A DNA stretch of 64,000 nucleotides from a virus (taxonomy: Duplodnaviria; Caudoviricetes), in the IMG/VR virus record IMGVR_UViG_3300028392_002123; one strand, given 5' to 3'. This document shows positions 33,627 through 42,515 of this stretch, piece after piece (the stretch's first letter is position 1; every line of letters begins with the position of its first letter). The notes beneath the pieces are model-generated. The model saw only the letters and a list, made by a program, of their open reading frames with translations. It did no database searches and was not told the origin of the DNA. A program made the position numbers and the translations under genes.

Positions 33627-35081
33627 TTAATATTTTACTTTCTCGATACTAAAAGGATACTTGGCATCCTGATAATATTTTTTACGCACCGTCAGATGCT
33701 TTTTACTAAACTTTGCACTGGATGTTAAGTCCCAGATGTTTACATGGTCCTTATCTTGAGCTCGTCTAATACCCCGTCCAATGCTTTGGATAACTCTAGT
33801 AAAGCTTTTTCCGGGCTCCAGAAGAACCAAATTAAAAATACGAGGAATATTAATACCCACAGCGGCCACACCATAAGTCGCCACAATAATCTTTTTATCC
33901 GATACGCTAATCTCATCGTAATGATCTTTCCTGTCTGTTGATTTCATTGATCCGCTGACAAATACACTTTTGTCGCCTAAACGTTCGCAGATCATTTCCC
34001 CGCATTTAACTCTATCAACTAATACCAATGTGTTTCCACTTTCACTTAATCGTTCGATAAAGTTACTGATGAAATCAACACGACGAGTATTGGTTGTTAA
34101 GTATGTAAGTTCTTCCTGGTATGTATTATATTCTACAGTATCTTGTAGTTGTATAACATTAACGTGACAATCTGCCAGCACACCGATGTCTTGAAGATCA
34201 CTGGCGGCTATTTTATTTACCACATTTCCTATGCAAGCCACTAACCCAATTTGCTCAAAATCTTCTTTAGGTATAGTTCCTGTTAGTCCCCAACGGATAG
34301 GCACATTGGCAAATGCACCACTGAGCAATGCTTTTAATACATCTGCTTTGGCTTGGTGAACTTCGTCTACAATAACTGCTATCACACCATCTGCAAATTC
34401 TTCTAGACTCATGGGACTTTCTCCGTCTTTGAATCTCTTTTGTAAACTGTTAAGACTTTGCCATGTACAAATTGTATGAGTCTTATTAAGATCTTTCCTA
34501 TCGCCAAAGTATACGCCTACATCTAAATCCAAATTCTTATAGTCCGATTCTGTTTGTCTAACCAAATCTTTATTAGGCACAATAACAATACTACGGCCAT
34601 ATGGTTCTACGCATTTACTCATTGTAGCAGTCATCAACGTTTTACCTGCGCCTGTGGCAATCTCTTGCACACATTGTAAGTTAGTCAAGAACTGATTGAT
34701 AGCATTTACTTGATAATCTCTTAGCTCAATGGGTTCGCCTTCTTTTGGATGCCCTTTGGGCCAAACATGCTGACTATGTGTAGTTTCGCACACTTCCGGA
34801 AAAGCAAAGTTATGCATGGGTCGTTGATCATCAATGTCAATTTGATAACCATCATCTACCAAATGAGGTAAAATTCTATCTAGCAGATTAAAATAAGAAG
34901 CGCCAGCCAAACTAAAATAACTTACACAACCATCCCATCGACCTAATTTATATGCCGGAACATGATAGGCATAAGGCATAAAATATTTTAGTTCTTTTTC
35001 TATCTTGCGTCTTGTGCTAACTTCCAAGCCACTTACTTTAATATTGACTTCGTCTTTAATATGTATTGTACATGATGTCAT
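33627..35081 (-). CDS. uvsW: SF2 DNA helicase UvsW
   Basis: ATGAGKT, DEVH, GLTGT, QSIGRGIR; start moved to MTSC, 6 nt after TATAAT (35093-35088). Confidence 0.92.
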   Translation of the reverse strand: MTSCTIHIKDEVNIKVSGLEVSTRRKIEKELKYFMPYAYHVPAYKLGRWDGCVSYFSLAGASYFNLLDRILPHLVDDGYQIDIDDQRPMHNFAFPEVCETTHSQHVWPKGHPKEGEPIELRDYQVNAINQFLTNLQCVQEIATGAGKTLMTATMSKCVEPYGRSIVIVPNKDLVRQTESDYKNLDLDVGVYFGDRKDLNKTHTICTWQSLNSLQKRFKDGESPMSLEEFADGVIAVIVDEVHQAKADVLKALLSGAFANVPIRWGLTGTIPKEDFEQIGLVACIGNVVNKIAASDLQDIGVLADCHVNVIQLQDTVEYNTYQEELTYLTTNTRRVDFISNFIERLSESGNTLVLVDRVKCGEMICERLGDKSVFVSGSMKSTDRKDHYDEISVSDKKIIVATYGVAAVGINIPRIFNLVLLEPGKSFTRVIQSIGRGIRRAQDKDHVNIWDLTSSAKFSKKHLTVRKKYYQDAKYPFSIEKVKY

Positions 35082-35105
35082 AGAACAATTATAGCATATA
35101 CAGCC

Positions 35106-35132
35106 ACAAAAAAGCAACCTTAAAGGTTGCTT
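35106..35132 (-). terminator. Intrinsic terminator closing the upstream cassette; overlaps the uvsW -35 region
   Basis: AAGCAACCT-TTA-AGGTTGCTT followed by TTTT. Confidence 0.75.
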
Positions 35133-35148
35133 AATTTGTTCATTTTAA

Positions 35149-35574
35149 TTAAATTTCTTCTGCAGGTCTATTGTCTTCATACCATAACGCAAGATCTTCG
35201 CACAGTGGCATGGTCAACGGAAGAAATTTTTTCGGTACATCAATGAATTTAATAAAATGTTCTTCCCTAAGTTCAGTAATATACTCTAGTAATTCTTCTA
35301 AGGTTACATTACATATCCATTCGCTGAGTCCTGCTTCTGCACTTGAGATTTTATCTTTGAAGAAACGTTTAAATGCTTTTTCAGCTAGTCGAATTTGATT
35401 TTCGTCTCCAACCCATACTAGCATAAAACTTTCTTCCCATACGGGTCCTACAGCATTTTGATATGTAGCAAGTCGCGAACGAGCAGTGGCTAATTGTGCA
35501 ATGCCTACTTTGAAATGTTTAGGATCGGTGACTCCCGGACACTTCTTAAAGTAAAGAATATAGTCTTTGATCAT
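35149..35574 (-). CDS. T5orf172/GIY-YIG-superfamily nuclease-like protein
   Basis: Y...FKVG...RL.TYQ...E..F...F...EW pattern. Confidence 0.55.
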   Translation of the reverse strand: MIKDYILYFKKCPGVTDPKHFKVGIAQLATARSRLATYQNAVGPVWEESFMLVWVGDENQIRLAEKAFKRFFKDKISSAEAGLSEWICNVTLEELLEYITELREEHFIKFIDVPKKFLPLTMPLCEDLALWYEDNRPAEEI

Positions 35575-36677
35575 TTTACAGGATAGGTAGCTTCGGGCTG
35601 AGCAAGTTTGAATCCGCCTTTGCCATGTTTATTGTAGGTGAGGATTAAACCACTGGTAACAACTTCCGGGTGACCAGCTAGCGAACCAAATTGTTGAATG
35701 AATTGAGCTTTAAAACCAGTTTGTTCGTCATGCACGACTTCAGCAGGTCCGTACTTCTTCTTAAGGATAGTACCAAGCTCGTCGTCAAATGCTGTTGGTA
35801 ACAATACACCTGTTTGCATTTCCGTATGTTGATACAGTCGTGCCATGCTGAACATAACAATGGGTTGAATAATTTCTTTAGGCCAAGTAGCACGGCAGAA
35901 ACGCAATGCTCGAGCAAGATAGATACCTTTAATACCTGAACTAGATTGTACAAGACCGTATGCACCATATAAATGGTTGATGTGACTAATGTCTCCGGCT
36001 TTTGAACTTGCTTTACGTACACGAACGTTGTTGGCATCACAGATGTTTTGGATAACAACTGGCTCAGCGTGGCCGCAGTCAACGCCGATCATATGTGCGT
36101 CATACAAACTTAATTCACGTTTGCCACTCTTGTTAATAGTAATCATACTATTGCCAGCATGACTAATCAAAATCTTTGTTGCTTCTTCCACAGAATGTGT
36201 GTCGTCAATTTGTGCTTCTGTATACCAGCAAGGCATATGAGTCCATCCTTGACGTTCACAAACTCGTGTGGTGTGATGGCCGTCCCAGAACAAATATTTG
36301 CCTGACACCGGATCTTTAATAGCACAGGGCACAATAATAGTCTCTGCTTTAAACAATGACTCAATCTTGGCAATATGATTTGGCATAACGTCACGCTGGA
36401 AACGTGGGTTAATGGCAATATCGTCCATAGACACCCATGCAAACTTAGGAACATTAAGTAACTGCGGGTCAATAGACAATCTAGGAATAAGTGAAGGTCC
36501 AAGTACGGCCGCTACAGCTTCGCCAATGGCTTTATTTGGAATAATGCCGTTAGGAAAGTTTTCCGCCATTGTACGAAGATCGATATACGAATCTTCCATT
36601 TCAAACCTAGTAGCAAACTGTGCCAAATATTTGGCAATACGCTGTTCTTTAAGTTTGGTCTTAGATAGTGAAGCCAT
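35571..36677 (-). CDS. ParB/Srx-like (DGQHR/DUF6551-type) domain protein
   Basis: INPRFQRD...YLFWDGHHT motif. Confidence 0.65.
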   Translation of the reverse strand: MASLSKTKLKEQRIAKYLAQFATRFEMEDSYIDLRTMAENFPNGIIPNKAIGEAVAAVLGPSLIPRLSIDPQLLNVPKFAWVSMDDIAINPRFQRDVMPNHIAKIESLFKAETIIVPCAIKDPVSGKYLFWDGHHTTRVCERQGWTHMPCWYTEAQIDDTHSVEEATKILISHAGNSMITINKSGKRELSLYDAHMIGVDCGHAEPVVIQNICDANNVRVRKASSKAGDISHINHLYGAYGLVQSSSGIKGIYLARALRFCRATWPKEIIQPIVMFSMARLYQHTEMQTGVLLPTAFDDELGTILKKKYGPAEVVHDEQTGFKAQFIQQFGSLAGHPEVVTSGLILTYNKHGKGGFKLAQPEATYPVK

Positions 36678-36712
36678 GTTGTTTTCCTTCTGTTATTAAC
36701 AGTTCTAAATAA

Positions 36713-37501
36713 TTAGTTTAATGTTCTTTTGAAAAATTCGTTGGTGCGTTTTTCTGCCAAAGCTTCTGCATCCATGTTGTATCGAATTTGCCACCGACCA
36801 ATAGCTGTAAAATTCGACTGTGCATCCCATGCATGGGTGGCATCTTTATACAAGAACATTTCGTAGTTTGGTCGATCTTTGTAACGCAAACAAGCGGCTG
36901 GCGGTGTCCACACATCAGCTTCGCCCATATGAACCATAGTAGGAATCAGTGGACGGCCTGTACTGTGTCTAATATAACCTTCATCACAATTAGGATAGTA
37001 AGCAACCGCAGAACTAATTAACTTACTGGCTTCTTCGTCATTGGCCAGTGCCATTGCCACACTTCCACCATGGCTGTAACCAATGAAAGAAATCTTTCCT
37101 TTGTGCCAAGGTTGTTGCTGAATCCATTGAGCAATTTGTTTAGCATCTTCAATGCGAAGATAAGGAGGAACTGCATTGGCACCTGCTCCGCGGTCGCCTG
37201 TACACACTTCATCATATTTCCAACCACGTGGAGTAAATGCATCATATAGCACAACATTATAGTTATCTGTTTGCGCTATAGCATTGGCCCGTCGACGATA
37301 TCCGTAGCCTTTGCTGTAAGAAAAACCATCACAGCCATGAGCAAGAATTACTGTGGCAGTAGGTTCTTTAACTCCGTAAGGCCTAATAACTTTATATTCA
37401 TCAGGATTAGTTTTAAGTTGTGCAAAAGCGCATCCGCCTAAATTTCCAATAATGCCTGCAACGGCTAGAACAACAAATATAGATTTAAATTTCATATACA
37501 C
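36713..37501 (-). CDS. Dienelactone-hydrolase-family alpha/beta hydrolase, probable lipoprotein
   Basis: HGCDG, G.SHGG nucleophile elbow, GEADVWT, DATHAWD; N-terminal LGGC lipobox-like motif. Confidence 0.8.
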   Translation of the reverse strand: MYMKFKSIFVVLAVAGIIGNLGGCAFAQLKTNPDEYKVIRPYGVKEPTATVILAHGCDGFSYSKGYGYRRRANAIAQTDNYNVVLYDAFTPRGWKYDEVCTGDRGAGANAVPPYLRIEDAKQIAQWIQQQPWHKGKISFIGYSHGGSVAMALANDEEASKLISSAVAYYPNCDEGYIRHSTGRPLIPTMVHMGEADVWTPPAACLRYKDRPNYEMFLYKDATHAWDAQSNFTAIGRWQIRYNMDAEALAEKRTNEFFKRTLN

Positions 37502-37509
37502 CTTTTGAA

Positions 37510-39588
37510 TTAGAATACACTACGAACCATAACACCAACAGCATTACCTGTTTGACCTGACATACCACCGACGTTAAACTGTCGAGCAAAGTTGATGCCT
37601 GCATAAGTTGTATTGCCAACACTGACATTATAGCCTAACACCAAATCAGTTTGTCTAGTATTGTTGGCAAGATTAACACGTTCTGTGGTTGATGTTGGAC
37701 TAGCTGTTACATTATCATCGGCGCCACTATAAGTGTAGCCTGTAACTGCTGTCACGTCTGCATAACCTCGACGCACAGATACTGGACCTTGTACTGCAAA
37801 AGTTACTTGATCCTTGGTCTTACCGCTGAAGAAGATATCTTTCTTAGCTAGACCAACTTTCCAAGTGTCGCTGATAATAGTTGAACTCAATGCCAGCATA
37901 CTGTCTTGTGCATTACTTGTTCGTGTAATGCCAAGACCATAACTACCAATCAAATCCACACTTCCAGTAATTGGTGTTGAACCGCCCACCATTGCGTATG
38001 TAGTGTTACTATTACCCATGCCTAACAAGCCCGAGCCATAGTTGTTTAAAAAACCATTTTGTTCAGTCATTGCACCTACTTGTAGTTGCAATCTACCATT
38101 GCCATATGCTGTGTCGACTTGACTGGCAAAACCATTTTGACTTTGCATGAAAGTTAATACAGTATCTTTACCATAAGGAACTGCAAATTCTCGATAGTTA
38201 ATAGCATTTATTGCCAAGTAAGGACTGGTATACAAACTGTTAGCGGGATTACTAACGCCCATGGCCTTAGTAAAGTCGGAGGTAAAGTTTCTGTTAATAC
38301 CATCAACTACTTGGACATTGGCTAACACGGTGCTGGATCGCAGAGAGTTAATGCTCAACGAAGCACCTGTGGCAGTTAATGCTGTACCGCCAACTGGTGT
38401 ACCCGAAGTCAGTGCTGCCTTAGAGTATTTGATGTCTGCATAAGGCTGTGTGGCCTTGTCAAAGTTCACCATACCTTTTCCATAGACATTACTGTCACCC
38501 AAAGACGTAGCAGTATTCAAAACAACTTGTACCAACTGACTTGCTTTGAGCTGTGGCCATGCCTGATGCATCAATGCAATACCGCCACTGACTTCTGCGG
38601 CCGCTGGGCTTGTACCACTAACACCGCCAGCACCATTTGTAATATTAGAAGAAATACCTGCTGTGCTACGAGCTTGGTCTGGTACTGCACCCCAGATACT
38701 ACTACCCGGTGCTACAACATAAAAGTCTTTGACATAGTATTTGTCTTGACATACATTGGCAACAATGTTAGAACAGATACTACCAGCTTGGTTGCTACTA
38801 GCATCCATTACCCAACCACCCTTACCATCACCCTTAACATTACCAACAATTAGTACACGACCACCTAACAATAAATTACCATTGGCATCTGTCTGTGTAG
38901 CAAATGCACCTGGAAATTGTGCATAGCCTGTACCGCTGTTGCCTGCGCTGGCAACGATCACTGATGATCTTGTTGCTGTTGCAAATGCGTTAATGTCAGA
39001 AATTTTGTTACCAAAAACACTGGCCATTGCTCCGGTACTGGTGTTTGTATAGCGCGGGTCAGCTCGATAAATTCCAGGAGCCATCATAGTAGTGCCAGCT
39101 TTAAAATTGGCATCATAAGTAGCACCTAGACTCAAATTAATTACTGTGGCACCTTTACTGTCTGCCCAAGTCATTGCCTGCAACACTGATGCCATGCTAA
39201 CACCTGTAGTGGTGCCACCACTACCAACCTGTGCCAATAAAAGTTTGGCATCGGGTGCAACACCAACTGTACCCGAATTGTTAGCAACACCGCCGGCAAT
39301 ACTGGCCATCTCTGTGCCATGCAAGCCCCAATTAGTAACTGTACCTGGATAAAAGTTTTTAGCTTCTAAAAGATTGCCTTTAATGTCTGTGTGATCAAGT
39401 GCAAAGCCTTGGTCAACGACTGCAATAATAGAACCTTTACCTGTGATGCCACGACTCCAAGCGGCAGTGGCACCAATTGTAGTAAGATAAGATGATTTAG
39501 CATTAGCTTCTGCATTGGCTACCTGAGCCTGCACACTTCCTACGAATGATGCTACTGCCAGTGCTGTGAGTGTAAGTTTCAAGTTCAT
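37510..39588 (-). CDS. Subtilase (S8) serine protease with signal peptide and autotransporter-like C-terminal beta domain
   Basis: AVVD, HGTEMA, SAGN, GTSPAA triad motifs; alternating beta strands ending ...VMVRSVF. Confidence 0.85.
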   Translation of the reverse strand: MNLKLTLTALAVASFVGSVQAQVANAEANAKSSYLTTIGATAAWSRGITGKGSIIAVVDQGFALDHTDIKGNLLEAKNFYPGTVTNWGLHGTEMASIAGGVANNSGTVGVAPDAKLLLAQVGSGGTTTGVSMASVLQAMTWADSKGATVINLSLGATYDANFKAGTTMMAPGIYRADPRYTNTSTGAMASVFGNKISDINAFATATRSSVIVASAGNSGTGYAQFPGAFATQTDANGNLLLGGRVLIVGNVKGDGKGGWVMDASSNQAGSICSNIVANVCQDKYYVKDFYVVAPGSSIWGAVPDQARSTAGISSNITNGAGGVSGTSPAAAEVSGGIALMHQAWPQLKASQLVQVVLNTATSLGDSNVYGKGMVNFDKATQPYADIKYSKAALTSGTPVGGTALTATGASLSINSLRSSTVLANVQVVDGINRNFTSDFTKAMGVSNPANSLYTSPYLAINAINYREFAVPYGKDTVLTFMQSQNGFASQVDTAYGNGRLQLQVGAMTEQNGFLNNYGSGLLGMGNSNTTYAMVGGSTPITGSVDLIGSYGLGITRTSNAQDSMLALSSTIISDTWKVGLAKKDIFFSGKTKDQVTFAVQGPVSVRRGYADVTAVTGYTYSGADDNVTASPTSTTERVNLANNTRQTDLVLGYNVSVGNTTYAGINFARQFNVGGMSGQTGNAVGVMVRSVF

Positions 39589-39616
39589 ACAATTCCTTAT
39601 TGCTTAACATGTATGT

Positions 39617-39660
39617 ATTATAACATAAATCCTAATTAACATCAATTAATTGGGATTTAT
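39617..39660 (-). promoter_or_regulatory. Extended -10 sigma70 promoter with the -35 in the loop of a 15-bp inverted repeat
   Basis: TTGATG (39645-39640), 17 bp, TGtTATAAT; arms 39625-39639 and 39646-39660 with one mismatch. Confidence 0.65.
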
Positions 39661-39666
39661 TATTAA

Positions 39667-40746
39667 TTAGCACACTTCTGCACGTTTTAGAATTGTTGTC
39701 TCTGCAAGACGTTTCCAATTGCCTGCGCTCATTTTACGCAGGTCTGCAATCTTCAAAACTGTACGCAATGACAACTCACGCAGACGAGCACGTTGTTCCC
39801 ATACATACTCAACAATTTCATTGGATGCACCATCTTCAAAATCGTAGCTGTCAAGCATACCATCTTGAACGATTTGTTTGATACGCAAGAACTTGTCACG
39901 CTGGGTGTCCATGGTCAAGTCCAAATAGTGGCAACGGCTTTCCAACGCATCCAAGTGGTCTTTCAACTTCTTAGAACGCACATGTTCGAACTTGATGTTG
40001 GTGATAAAAATCACACTACCTTTGAAGTCAAAACGATCTGGCACACCTTCACGACGCAACATGCTAGAATCTGTGTTCCAAGAAATAGTACGTTTCTTAG
40101 AACTGTCCAAGGCCGCTTTCAAAATGTTCAAGCTCAGGTCATCAAGCAAGATGCTGTCACAGTCGTCGAACACCAGTACATTGTTGGCATCACTGAACTG
40201 ATACAATTTGCAGTACAAACCAATAGCACTCATAGCGCCTTTAACAACTTCAAAACGAGCTTTGCGGTTGGCCATCTTGTCAAAGAGCGCGGCCTGTTCC
40301 AACACTCGTTCAACACCAAAGCTCTTACCAACTCCTGGAGGGCCACTGACAATCATTGCACGAACTGCACCTGACGTAGTACCTTCTGCCATTTGATCCA
40401 AGATGTCGAAACGTTCGCGAATACGTTGGATAGCGGCTTCTTCGCTTTCTGCGTACACTTCTGGCTCTTTGGGAGTCATCAACGAAAATACATTGCCGTC
40501 ATCTTTGTTAGCCTGACGACGTTGGCTGTCTGACATGTCTGCTACACTGGTACCTGACATAGTAATATCCTCCATTGTTTTAACTTTAATACGGATAGCT
40601 TTGCCGGGATAACCCAATGAGCCATCATCTTCAACTGTAACAAAATTACCTTTGGTACCTTGCTTAAGGTCTGCTACCAAACGGAATGTTTGATTCTTAA
40701 CTGTAACACCGCGATACTCGCCACGCAAAACTGTAACTTGTGCCAT
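39667..40746 (-). CDS. AAA+ ATPase (conserved early phage protein)
   Basis: GPPGVGKS, VLVFDDCD, sensor ITN, arginine finger ALESR. Confidence 0.85.
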   Translation of the reverse strand: MAQVTVLRGEYRGVTVKNQTFRLVADLKQGTKGNFVTVEDDGSLGYPGKAIRIKVKTMEDITMSGTSVADMSDSQRRQANKDDGNVFSLMTPKEPEVYAESEEAAIQRIRERFDILDQMAEGTTSGAVRAMIVSGPPGVGKSFGVERVLEQAALFDKMANRKARFEVVKGAMSAIGLYCKLYQFSDANNVLVFDDCDSILLDDLSLNILKAALDSSKKRTISWNTDSSMLRREGVPDRFDFKGSVIFITNIKFEHVRSKKLKDHLDALESRCHYLDLTMDTQRDKFLRIKQIVQDGMLDSYDFEDGASNEIVEYVWEQRARLRELSLRTVLKIADLRKMSAGNWKRLAETTILKRAEVC

Positions 40747-40780
40747 TTGCAAAACTCCTGTTTCGTTTAACTATGTAAGT

Positions 40781-40809
40781 ATTATAGCAGGGCTACCAAT
40801 TTCTGTCAA
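40781..40809 (-). promoter_or_regulatory. Early sigma70 promoter
   Basis: TTGACA-GAAATTGGTAGCCCTGC-TATAAT. Confidence 0.9.
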
Positions 40810-40872
40810 TTATTGTTATTTTTGGTTTTTATTGTTATTTGCTAGAAATTGCTTTCCTGCCGCCATACATGT

Positions 40873-40901
40873 ATTATAGCAGGGCCGCCAATTTCTGTCT
40901 A
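40873..40901 (-). promoter_or_regulatory. Tandem early sigma70 promoter, near-duplicate of the previous one
   Basis: TAGACA-GAAATTGGCGGCCCTGC-TATAAT. Confidence 0.8.
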
Positions 40902-40992
40902 TTTTTGGGTATTTAATAAGTTAGTATACACTAACTTAAAATAGCCTGAATTTCTGGGATTTTTGTCAATTTTTGATGAATTTTGACAGTGA

Positions 40993-41012
40993 CAAAAGGG
41001 GCTAGGCCCCTG
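40993..41012 (-). terminator. Intrinsic terminator
   Basis: AGGGGC-CTA-GCCCCT followed by TTT. Confidence 0.7.
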
Positions 41013-41032
41013 TTGTCGTTTACCCTGTCTAA

Positions 41033-41284
41033 TTACTTAGATGCGGCAACAACGTCTTCTGCAGACGTTTCAACTGACTCGGGGAGTACAAACAAATTAG
41101 TTGCACGAACATGGGCAAGAGCCGCGTCCTTGGTCATAGCTTCAGGAAGCTCATACAAGTCCACATCAGTGTGACCATTTTTGATCAACACTTTAACGCG
41201 GGTCATATCGTTTGCGAAACGAACTTTAACCTTGCCATTAAGGTTAGATTTACCGATAACTTTAAAAAGTTTAGAAGTAGCCAT
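41033..41284 (-). CDS. Conserved small phage protein
   Basis: Own promoter TTGACA (41366-41361), 17 bp, TACAAT; AGAGGA SD; terminator. Confidence 0.75.
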   Translation of the reverse strand: MATSKLFKVIGKSNLNGKVKVRFANDMTRVKVLIKNGHTDVDLYELPEAMTKDAALAHVRATNLFVLPESVETSAEDVVAASK

Positions 41285-41349
41285 TTTACATTTTCCTCTG
41301 TGTGTGTAAAAATTGTACAGAACGTCTGTACACCGTTATTGTAGCAAAT

Positions 41350-41517
41350 TCAATCATTTGTGTCAATATCTTTTTTACCAAATTTTTCCAATTTTTTACG
41401 ATTGTACAATTTGGCACTAGGCACTGACTGACTACGGAATTCGCCACTATGGAACAAGAAATCAGCACGGCGCTTGGTGCGTGGCACTTTAACGATGAGC
41501 TTGTTTACTTGTTTCAT
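41350..41517 (-). CDS. 55-aa basic protein resembling ArfA, not in the ORF track
   Basis: LFHSGEFRSQSVPSAKLYNRKK; promoter TTGACA-18-TATAAT at 41568-41539. Confidence 0.55.
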   Translation of the reverse strand: MKQVNKLIVKVPRTKRRADFLFHSGEFRSQSVPSAKLYNRKKLEKFGKKDIDTND

Positions 41518-41564
41518 ATTCTTTTTCCAATAAATGCTATTATAGCATTATTTGGTATTTATTG

Positions 41565-41798
41565 TCAATCAAAATCTTTCTTATTGCCGTTGGCTTCGTT
41601 GTCTCGATAGCCTGCGGTGTATGCTAGAATTTCTTGGACACTCATATCCACCAACTCGATGCGAGTGCTGTTATAACTGTCGCCGGTAAAATAGTGTGGA
41701 TTATATTCACGACCATAGTAGCTGTCTGCTTGGCCGCGATCGTATGGACCACCATGACGTTCATTGTAGTAAACTGATTGTAATTGTTCTACCAACAT
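41565..41798 (-). CDS. Early hypothetical protein (HGGPYDRGQADSYY family)
   Basis: Probable start MLVEQL after AAGGA SD; own promoter at 41852-41824. Confidence 0.7.
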   Translation of the reverse strand: MLVEQLQSVYYNERHGGPYDRGQADSYYGREYNPHYFTGDSYNSTRIELVDMSVQEILAYTAGYRDNEANGNKKDFD

Positions 41799-41832
41799 AT
41801 CTGTTCCTTGTTTTGATATATGTATTATACTG

Positions 41833-41859
41833 CCAAAACCAATTTCAGTCAATTATTGG
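41833..41859. repeat. 27-bp exact direct repeat, copy 1 (contains an early -35 element)
   Basis: CCAAAACCAATTTCAGTCAATTATTGG. Confidence 0.9.
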
Positions 41860-42019
41860 TGAATTCCAACTCTGCCAGGGCTTCTTCAAGAGATTCAAAC
41901 CCCGCGGCATCATATGAGCCATCATAAAGTTTAACATAGAAACGGCCGTTGCCAGGACTGGCTTCTGTGTCAATGCCAACTTCACCGACATCTTTGATAA
42001 TCTTAATAGCAAAGTCCAT
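41849..42019 (-). CDS. 56-aa acidic early protein, not in the ORF track
   Basis: AAGGAG SD; MDFAIKIIKDVGEVGIDTEASPGNGRFYVKLYDGSYDAAGF... Confidence 0.65.
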   Translation of the reverse strand: MDFAIKIIKDVGEVGIDTEASPGNGRFYVKLYDGSYDAAGFESLEEALAELEFTNN

Positions 42020-42028
42020 GACAGCTCC

Positions 42029-42232
42029 TTAGACGTTTGACATTTTCATTATGATAGCCAACTCATCATTCTCCACATAGAAGTCTGTGGTCGGATCGTA
42101 GTAGGCACCTTCTTTTGGATCGTAGTAAAGAACTCGACCATCGTAGTTGAAAGGACCTTCCAAGCCTTTGCGGGCAGTATATTTTTCACGCATATTGTCC
42201 ACAGAATTCATAACACGATAACCCATTGCCAA
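42029..42232 (-). CDS. Early hypothetical protein (YYDPKEGAYYDP family)
   Basis: AAGGAG SD; own promoter at 42281-42253. Confidence 0.75.
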   Translation of the reverse strand: MAMGYRVMNSVDNMREKYTARKGLEGPFNYDGRVLYYDPKEGAYYDPTTDFYVENDELAIIMKMSNV

Positions 42233-42261
42233 CTCCTTGTTTCTAAGTATTAATTATAACA

Positions 42262-42288
42262 CCAAAACCAATTTCAGTCAATTATTGG
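42262..42288. repeat. 27-bp exact direct repeat, copy 2
   Basis: Identical to 41833-41859. Confidence 0.9.
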
Positions 42289-42514
42289 CAAATTTTCCAT
42301 GCTGGAAGAATTTCCACATGCACCAAGTAGAATTATCCATTCCCATTAGAATACCTTCATAGTCAAGGTATGAACAATGTGCCCATTCAGATACTCGCAC
42401 ACCACGCCAATCTACTTCTTTGTTATGGCGAGTAACCTGTGACTTGGCTACGGATTCAGTTTTGTAATACCGTTCTCCTCGGCCGGTTTCTTTGTTATAA
42501 ACTATCCAACCCAT
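42278..42514 (-). CDS. Early hypothetical protein
   Basis: ORF track. Confidence 0.65.
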   Translation of the reverse strand: MGWIVYNKETGRGERYYKTESVAKSQVTRHNKEVDWRGVRVSEWAHCSYLDYEGILMGMDNSTWCMWKFFQHGKFANN

Positions 42515-42515
42515 A

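Noticed and set aside
37510-40746. AAA ATPase next to an S8 protease as an IetAS-type toxin-antitoxin/defence pair
   Set aside because: The S8 protein has a signal peptide and a barrel-like C-terminus (exported), whereas IetS is cytoplasmic. A separate promoter and inverted repeat lie between the two genes.
41833-42288. CRISPR mini-array (27-bp repeats)
   Set aside because: Only two copies, about 400 bp apart with ORFs between them; the repeat is a promoter element and no cas genes are present
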